From Luminiphilus sp. (GTDB taxonomy: Bacteria > Pseudomonadota > Gammaproteobacteria > Pseudomonadales > Halieaceae): DNA of 64,000 nt. The notes under the pieces are model-generated. The model was not told the DNA's origin. It made no database searches and was given only the letters and a program-made list of their open reading frames with translations. A program made the translations under genes and the position numbers. Where the stretch lies: contig CBFHQV010000004.1 of assembly GCA_965658055.1 (NCBI GenBank), positions 609 to 64,608 of the forward strand. Direction: 5' to 3'. This document shows, piece by piece, positions 58,505-64,000 of the stretch (position 1 is its first letter; the number at the start of each line of letters is the position of its first letter).

Positions 58505-59407
58505 ATGTGGTTTAAAAACGTCCGTCCTTACCGACTCTCTGATCGACTGGGTTTGGATGCCGACGCCCTAGCGCAACGGCTAGCGTCCCGCCCCTTTGTT
58601 CCCTGTCGTCCAGCACAGCCGCAAAGCACTGGATGGGTGCCGGCGTTGGCTGATTCGGCCGAGGCGCTGGTGCATGCGGCGAGCGCTTTTTGGATGGTAA
58701 GACTGAAACGAGAAGATCGCTTGTTACCCGCTACAGTGGTCCGCGAGGAGGTCGCTAATCGGATCAATCAGATTCAGGCCGCGGAATCGAGAAAGGTTTA
58801 CCGCAAGGAAAAGTTACAAATCACCGACGAGGTAACCCAGGATCTGCTACCCCGAGCCTTCACCCGAAGTCAGGGCATTGAGGCACTCCTGATGGAGCGT
58901 GATGGCTGGTTGTGGGTTAACCATGCAAGCCCAGCAAAGGGCGAGGAGTTGCTTTCGTTTTTGCGGGAAGCCATCGGTGGACTGCCAGCAGCCCTGCCTA
59001 TAACCCGTAAAAATCCAGCTGTTGTTATGAGCGATTGGTTGCTGCATAACGCGCTTCCGAAAGGGTTTGAATTTGGCACCGAGGCAGATCTTGCCGAGCC
59101 TGGGGAAGAGGGCGGTGTTGTTCGCTTGAGGAACATGATGATTGATTGTGACGAAGTGCGTGCTCATCTCGAGTCGGGAAAACAGGTGCAGCGCATGGCT
59201 CTGGAGTGGCAGGGTAGACTGAGTTTCGTGCTGGGTGCTGATCTAGTACTCAGACGCCTGCGCTTTGCTGACGAGCTCGTCAATTCTCATGAGGACCTCA
59301 AGGAAGACGCCCTTGCCCGCCGGGATGCGGACTTTTTGTTGATGTCTGAGACCCTTGCCGAGCTTTGGCCGGAGCTCCTCAGTGCGTTCGGGGGTTTGGA
59401 GGAATAG
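58505..59407 (+). CDS. rdgC: Recombination-associated protein RdgC
   Basis: The ATG at 58505 gives MWFKNVRPYRL, the hallmark RdgC N-terminus, and a length of about 300 aa. The track ORF starts earlier, at 58316. Confidence 0.92.
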   Translation: MWFKNVRPYRLSDRLGLDADALAQRLASRPFVPCRPAQPQSTGWVPALADSAEALVHAASAFWMVRLKREDRLLPATVVREEVANRINQIQAAESRKVYRKEKLQITDEVTQDLLPRAFTRSQGIEALLMERDGWLWVNHASPAKGEELLSFLREAIGGLPAALPITRKNPAVVMSDWLLHNALPKGFEFGTEADLAEPGEEGGVVRLRNMMIDCDEVRAHLESGKQVQRMALEWQGRLSFVLGADLVLRRLRFADELVNSHEDLKEDALARRDADFLLMSETLAELWPELLSAFGGLEE

Positions 59408-59409
59408 CG

Positions 59410-59625
59410 ATGTTACCGTTGGGCCTTTATCGCCACTATAAAGGGGGTGAGTACCGCGTGATGGGCGTCGCGCGCCATTCGGAGACCGAAGAGCTATTGG
59501 TGGTATATCAGCCTCAATACGGCGAGCGTGACTGGTGGGTCAGGCCCCTTAGTATGTTTACCGAGCAAGTAGAGATTGAAGGAAGACTCATTCCCCGGTT
59601 TCAACACATTGAGGAATCAACATAG
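59410..59625 (+). CDS. DUF1653 domain protein
   Basis: The 71 aa product contains YRHYKGGEYRVMGVARHSETEELLVVYQP, the typical DUF1653 core. It starts 3 nt after the rdgC stop. Confidence 0.8.
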   Translation: MLPLGLYRHYKGGEYRVMGVARHSETEELLVVYQPQYGERDWWVRPLSMFTEQVEIEGRLIPRFQHIEEST

Positions 59626-59626
59626 G

Positions 59627-59647
59627 AAAAAAGACGGGTTAGCCCGT
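59627..59647 (-). terminator. Candidate intrinsic terminator of the ABC-HlyD-TolC operon
   Basis: On the minus strand the sequence is acgggCTAAcccgt followed by cTTTTTT. The 5 bp stem is weak, and the loop contains the stop codon of the TolC-like gene. Confidence 0.35.
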
Positions 59648-61030
59648 TAACTTCGCCAGCGTCGCATGCACCATCAGCTCATTACGAAACCTGTCGATGG
59701 TGGCATCAATCCGTTTCAGCTGAGCCTCCAGCGCGACTTTTTCTCGACTGATGAGAACAAACTGGGTTGATTCTCCCTCTTTGAACCTAGTCTGCTCTTG
59801 AGCTAGGAGCTCGAGTGCAAGCACCTCCTGCTCTTGGCTGCTGACCAGAATGTTTTGGTTGAAAGCCAGCGCGGTGAGGGATACCTGTAGGTCACGAAAC
59901 AACTGCGCGGCAAGCGCTTGGCGTTGATACTCCACCTCCCGTGTGGCCGCTGCTGCCATCGCCGCTCTACCCTTCGCTGCACGAACCCCGAGAGGAACCT
60001 CAAAGGAGAGTGCAATAATCGATTCAGTGCCATCGAGGGCTTCCGGCCCCGTACCAAAATCCTGAGCAACCTTCATTTCCAGATCAAGCTCTGGGAGCAG
60101 TTCATTACGGGCGATACGCTCATCGACGTTGAGTTGCTTAGCCTTGGCCGTTAGCGCTTGCAGTGCTGGATGGCGCTCAATGTCTGCAGACCATTCTTCT
60201 TGGGTTTGGTTGGTAACGACCCGAAAGGGCCAGGCAATATCAGCTGGCACCGTCAGCTTGCCGGTATCAGCTGACGCCGGTTCGTTAGTCGGCGTCAAAA
60301 AGTACTTCAGCTGTTCCTGTGCCTGAACCTCAATGCGCTCAGCTTCCTGGGCGAGAATTTGCCGTTGCGTTAAGGTGGTTCGATACTCTGTGAGGGTAAT
60401 AGCCGCCAGATCACCGCTTTCCACGCGTTGCTGAATAGCTGCGAGGCGGTCTTGGGTGAGTAACAGTAAACTGGTGACCACCTCCCGCTTGAGTGCGCTC
60501 TGGTACCAGTCTAGCCAGGCACTGACGCCACGATAGAGCAGTTTGTTGACGTCTAATAGCTGGCTGGAAGCTGCTTCCTGATAGCGCCAGGCCGCGTTTT
60601 CCAGTGCCAGACGGCGTGGGTCAGTATCCCTGTTTTGTAGCAGAGAAAGCTTTACGCCAAGACTTACTTCACCGACATCCAGGGTTTGCAGCTCCTGCTC
60701 ATAGACCGGAAAGGTCCCGTCAGACAATCGATAACCGCCGAAAACCTCGGCGTTGAAAGCCTTCAGCGGCTGCACAAGCCGTTGATCTGCAACCCGGCCA
60801 TCGTAATAGCCAGAGGGACGAATATCCGTGGACTGGGTGACGCGCAAGTCAAAAGCAGCGTCCGCGACTTGCTGCCGGCCAAGGGCGCGATCGGTTCTTG
60901 ACTGCGCGGCGAGCGCTTCAGGATGGCGTGCGGTCAACTGCGCAACCAGTACTTCGACACTTGGTGCAAACGACCCCCAAGCTGACTGCGCACAGGTAGC
61001 CAGAAGAGCACAGAGAAGTACAGATCTCAT
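59639..61030 (-). CDS. TolC-family outer membrane factor of a tripartite exporter
   Basis: The 463 aa product has a signal peptide (MRSVLLCALLATCAQSAWG) and two long coiled-coil/OEP repeats. Its ATGA start overlaps the HlyD stop. Confidence 0.85.
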   Translation of the reverse strand: MRSVLLCALLATCAQSAWGSFAPSVEVLVAQLTARHPEALAAQSRTDRALGRQQVADAAFDLRVTQSTDIRPSGYYDGRVADQRLVQPLKAFNAEVFGGYRLSDGTFPVYEQELQTLDVGEVSLGVKLSLLQNRDTDPRRLALENAAWRYQEAASSQLLDVNKLLYRGVSAWLDWYQSALKREVVTSLLLLTQDRLAAIQQRVESGDLAAITLTEYRTTLTQRQILAQEAERIEVQAQEQLKYFLTPTNEPASADTGKLTVPADIAWPFRVVTNQTQEEWSADIERHPALQALTAKAKQLNVDERIARNELLPELDLEMKVAQDFGTGPEALDGTESIIALSFEVPLGVRAAKGRAAMAAAATREVEYQRQALAAQLFRDLQVSLTALAFNQNILVSSQEQEVLALELLAQEQTRFKEGESTQFVLISREKVALEAQLKRIDATIDRFRNELMVHATLAKLTG

Positions 61031-62046
61031 GGCGTCGCGTTGGGCCTTTGCTGTGGCGGGAAGTTATTGAGCTGCCGCCACAGTTCATAACCCAGACGGA
61101 CCTCTTCTAACAAAATCCAGCCTTTCACGCGGCTGCCGAGCCGAGCATATTTTGACTCGGGCCATGGGTTGTCCGCGGGATCAGGCTTGATCCAGACATT
61201 GAAGCGTCCCTGAGCATTTGCTACGGGTTCTATGAAGTCGACAATGCCACCAAAAGTGCCGATGCCGTTGTCCGGCCAGCCGCTAAATTGAAATACCGGC
61301 CAACCCTCGAACTGCAGCCGAACGCGGCGCCCGGGATAAACGAGCGGAGCGTCCAAACCAGACACAGCCAACACGACATTGCGGGCTTTACCCTCGGGAA
61401 TAAAAGAGGCAAGCACGTCGCCCGGTGTCACGTAAGTGGCGCTGCCCGAAGGCTTGAGACGCAAAATGGTGCCATCCGAAGGTGCGACCTTGGTTTGTAA
61501 GGACTGTCTCGCCTTGTCCACACCGAGCCGATTGATTTCTGCTTCGATTTTGGCGGCCTCTGCGCGCAGCTTTTGAATGTCCAATTGCGCCTTCTCAATA
61601 TCCCGCTGTGACTTGAGGCCCTGCTCCTGTAAGCGCTGTTGGCGCAGGAGATTCTGCTCTTCGGTGGTTGTCGCTTGTTGAATAGCAGCCATTTGCTGGT
61701 TGGCCGCGGCGAGCTGATTTTCCAACCGCTGAATCAGCTCGGGATCGCTGTCGACCAACGAGACAATCGGATCGCCTGCCTTGACCGCTTGCCCCTCAGT
61801 CACATGCCAGGTCTGTATTTGACCGGGGACCAGGGCAGAAATGGCCTGGATGCGCTCGGCGGGGAGGGGCGTATTGACCTCGCCGTCACCAAAAGCGGTT
61901 TGTGTCCAAGGAATAAACCAAAGGAGGGCTATGAGGAGGCAGATGCCCCCTATCAGGATGGCGCTAAAGACCTGGTGCCACTTTGGTAAGGGCACCTCAT
62001 TAAGCGCATTGATCTGGCTTAGATAGCGCTGGCGCAGGTCACTCAT
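61027..62046 (-). CDS. HlyD-family periplasmic adaptor (membrane fusion protein)
   Basis: The product has an N-terminal TM (VFSAILIGGICLLIALLWFIPW), a lipoyl-like hairpin (VTEGQAVKAGDPIVSL ... APSDGTILRL) and a Q/A-rich coiled coil between them. Confidence 0.88.
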   Translation of the reverse strand: MSDLRQRYLSQINALNEVPLPKWHQVFSAILIGGICLLIALLWFIPWTQTAFGDGEVNTPLPAERIQAISALVPGQIQTWHVTEGQAVKAGDPIVSLVDSDPELIQRLENQLAAANQQMAAIQQATTTEEQNLLRQQRLQEQGLKSQRDIEKAQLDIQKLRAEAAKIEAEINRLGVDKARQSLQTKVAPSDGTILRLKPSGSATYVTPGDVLASFIPEGKARNVVLAVSGLDAPLVYPGRRVRLQFEGWPVFQFSGWPDNGIGTFGGIVDFIEPVANAQGRFNVWIKPDPADNPWPESKYARLGSRVKGWILLEEVRLGYELWRQLNNFPPQQRPNATP

Positions 62047-63691
62047 CGCCGGCTCCCTCAGATGCGGTAAGCACTTTCTGCTCTGTAAAAGCTGGGTGCG
62101 GCGGTTGACTGCTGAAGTAAAGAACGGTCATCGGTTGTTCCGAAAGCATCTCCAGAACCCCATCCCGGACTGAGGGGAGTAGCTGATCGAAGAGCTGGTT
62201 TAACACCAGTACCGAGGGCTTGCCCAGCAGAGCACCCGCCAGCTTTAGTAGCAGCATCTCGGCGCCCTGAAGGGGCGATCCCGTCGCTGACAGTTGGGTA
62301 TTCAGTCCTTCAGGAAATGATTCGATAAGTGGCCACAGGTACACCTTTTGGAGCACCGTGATGAGCGTCTCGGTATCCGCTTCTGCACTGTGTAAGGCCA
62401 GAAAATCCCGGATGCTACATTCAAGAATGAGAGAGCGGTCAACACCCAGAATCGCCTGCCTCAGTTCAAGGAGGTCAAAATCTTCTAGATTGATGTTGCC
62501 TAAATTGATACGTCCGCCGTTGACTGGACGGTGTGCACGCAGTACGGAGAGCACAGCCGGTTGAATCCAGGCTTCTTCCGTCCTGACGCACACTTTAGCG
62601 CCCGCGGGTATCGACCACGCTAGTTGGCACTGTCGATTGCCGCGACGGATTTTGGCGTCGATAAAATCAAGGCTGGCTGCTACCGGGGCACTCGCCACTC
62701 CGCGCGGGTTTTCCTCCGGTAACGACAGCACCTCGCTGAGCTTATCCGCAGACCCATAGAGCTCGTAGTAATATTTTAAATAGCTTGAGAAGCGAGAGAG
62801 GCCCAAGAAAATGGCGGCCATTACAAGCTCTGCGGCTACCAACTGCCCGATAGAGAGCTCGCCAAGTGTCACCAGCCATCCGCCTAACGCTAACAGGGCT
62901 GCGCTACCCACGGCGTAGAGCAATAAAAAGCTAATGGTTTGACTAAAGGTTTGACCAAACAGGCGCTTATGCTCATCAAGGTAAGCGGTTGTGAGATCGT
63001 TAGTTTTACTCGCGGCAAGCGTGAGGTGCCGCTTCGATTTAAAGAAGTCATGGGCGACCTCCATATCGGACAGCCACCGTGCCATCGCATATTTTTGTTT
63101 GGAAAGCGCGACTGCCGCCCGTCGTGCGCCGGGGGACCATAATGTCCAAATGAGCATGACGATCAGCAAGGTGAGAGCGTTGAAGAGAAAAAGCCAGGGG
63201 TGGTAAAAAGACACCAACGTAAAGCCCACCGCGGTTTGCAAAATAAGCGCAAAACCATCGGCAAAAAGCCGGGGTACATTTTTCTGCAGAATCATGATGT
63301 CGAAATAACGGTGGGTCATGCCGGTATTCCGCCGCCCCTCAAACACCCAGTGTGGCGCCCGAACCACGCTGTAGCTAATTTCTGCGGATAAGCGGGCAAA
63401 GATTCGCCGTCGGTATATTTCCACAACCCAGACGCGGGCTGCGCTCAACGCGCCATAACCGAGCAGGATGATCAATAGGGTGAGGGCCAAAAAGTAGACG
63501 GCGCGCAAGGAGCCGATATTTGCGATGCTGTTGATCAGGGTTTGCACGGCGATTGGCACCGCAAGGGTCATGACGCTAATGGCCGCGCCATAGATGACGA
63601 TAACCCATAAAAAATTGGATTCAGGTGCCAAAAGCGCCCATAGCTGGCGGCGCAGTGCGGCTAAATCAATGGGGGTAGGAGTGCTTGCCAT
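62039..63691 (-). CDS. ABC exporter-like protein with an intact type-I exporter membrane domain but a degenerate, motif-less nucleotide-binding domain
   Basis: The 550 aa product has six predicted TM helices within aa 25-300, with ABC_membrane-like spacing. The C-terminal domain aligns in order with an NBD, but Walker A is VRTEEAWIQP, the signature is LSATGSPLQ, Walker B is VLVLNQ and there is no H-loop His. Confidence 0.8.
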   Translation of the reverse strand: MASTPTPIDLAALRRQLWALLAPESNFLWVIVIYGAAISVMTLAVPIAVQTLINSIANIGSLRAVYFLALTLLIILLGYGALSAARVWVVEIYRRRIFARLSAEISYSVVRAPHWVFEGRRNTGMTHRYFDIMILQKNVPRLFADGFALILQTAVGFTLVSFYHPWLFLFNALTLLIVMLIWTLWSPGARRAAVALSKQKYAMARWLSDMEVAHDFFKSKRHLTLAASKTNDLTTAYLDEHKRLFGQTFSQTISFLLLYAVGSAALLALGGWLVTLGELSIGQLVAAELVMAAIFLGLSRFSSYLKYYYELYGSADKLSEVLSLPEENPRGVASAPVAASLDFIDAKIRRGNRQCQLAWSIPAGAKVCVRTEEAWIQPAVLSVLRAHRPVNGGRINLGNINLEDFDLLELRQAILGVDRSLILECSIRDFLALHSAEADTETLITVLQKVYLWPLIESFPEGLNTQLSATGSPLQGAEMLLLKLAGALLGKPSVLVLNQLFDQLLPSVRDGVLEMLSEQPMTVLYFSSQPPHPAFTEQKVLTASEGAGDE

Positions 63692-63815
63692 GAGCTTTTA
63701 TGTCACCAACATCCTTGTTGACCCGGATTCCAATGTTGTCTCGTAATGATTACGTTTGGGCCACAGAAAAGGATTACGGTAATCTTTACGCAGACCGTCA
63801 GTTCAAAGGTTGCTA

Positions 63816-64000
63816 ATGAAAGCTCTCAGGGAGCAAAATTCGGCCCTCGGGGACAGCAAACAGGGCGGTCAGAGCCTTCTCAGGGGGCTTGCCTTGCCCC
63901 TGACGCTGAGCCTGTTGGTGGGCTGCGCCAGCGCCCCCCAGGTCATGGAAAAATCGCCAAGTTATGTCGCGGACAGGGCCCCTGTGGGGTCACCCCTCGA
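63816..64000 (+). CDS. Putative lipoprotein, 5' fragment that continues beyond the window
   Basis: The ATG at 63816 gives ...LALPLTLSLLVGCASAP (lipobox LVGC). The ORF is open to the window end, and no family was recognised. Confidence 0.4.
   Translation, partial: MKALREQNSALGDSKQGGQSLLRGLALPLTLSLLVGCASAPQVMEKSPSYVADRAPVGSPL

Overview
A 64 kb chromosomal segment from a moderately GC-rich gammaproteobacterium. Gene order resembles Pseudomonas and marine Cellvibrionales-type genomes, and coding density is very high with many overlapping starts and stops. No rRNA, tRNA, CRISPR array, IS or transposase, integrase or prophage gene was recognised.

Most of the window is housekeeping:
- def(partial)-tsaP-like LysM-dprA-tsaC-hemF-aroE
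- a complete caa3/aa3-type cytochrome c oxidase locus: coxB-coxA-ctaG-coxC, DUF2909-like, SURF1, a Sco-like gene, ctaB and sco
- polA / engB / cytochrome c5-c4 / dsbA
- lrp-leuA, a GGDEF cyclase, ilvD, argA, glnE, ilvE
- tolC / yqiB-cpdA-parE, yceI, gloA, rdgC

The accessory-looking part runs from about 33.4 to 49.0 kb. It is a dTDP-rhamnose and LPS-core locus holding rfbDB and rfbCA, GT4, two methyltransferases, a prenyltransferase-like protein, an unknown gene, two tandem GT2 genes, waaL, GT9, kdkA and waaA.

The items most worth a second look:
1. A tightly coupled ABC-HlyD-TolC operon (59.6-63.7 kb). Its ABC component has an apparently intact membrane domain, but every catalytic motif of the nucleotide-binding domain is replaced, and no substrate gene lies nearby.
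2. An octaheme c-type cytochrome fused to HEAT/TPR repeats.
3. A translationally coupled GT4-methyltransferase-prenyltransferase-like trio next to the rfb genes.
4. An orphan, motif-intact GspE/PilB-family ATPase between argA and glnE.
5. A Sco-like CxxxC membrane protein inside the cox locus, which lacks ctaA.

All calls rest on reading the translated ORFs, recognising motifs and remembering synteny. No database search was run.
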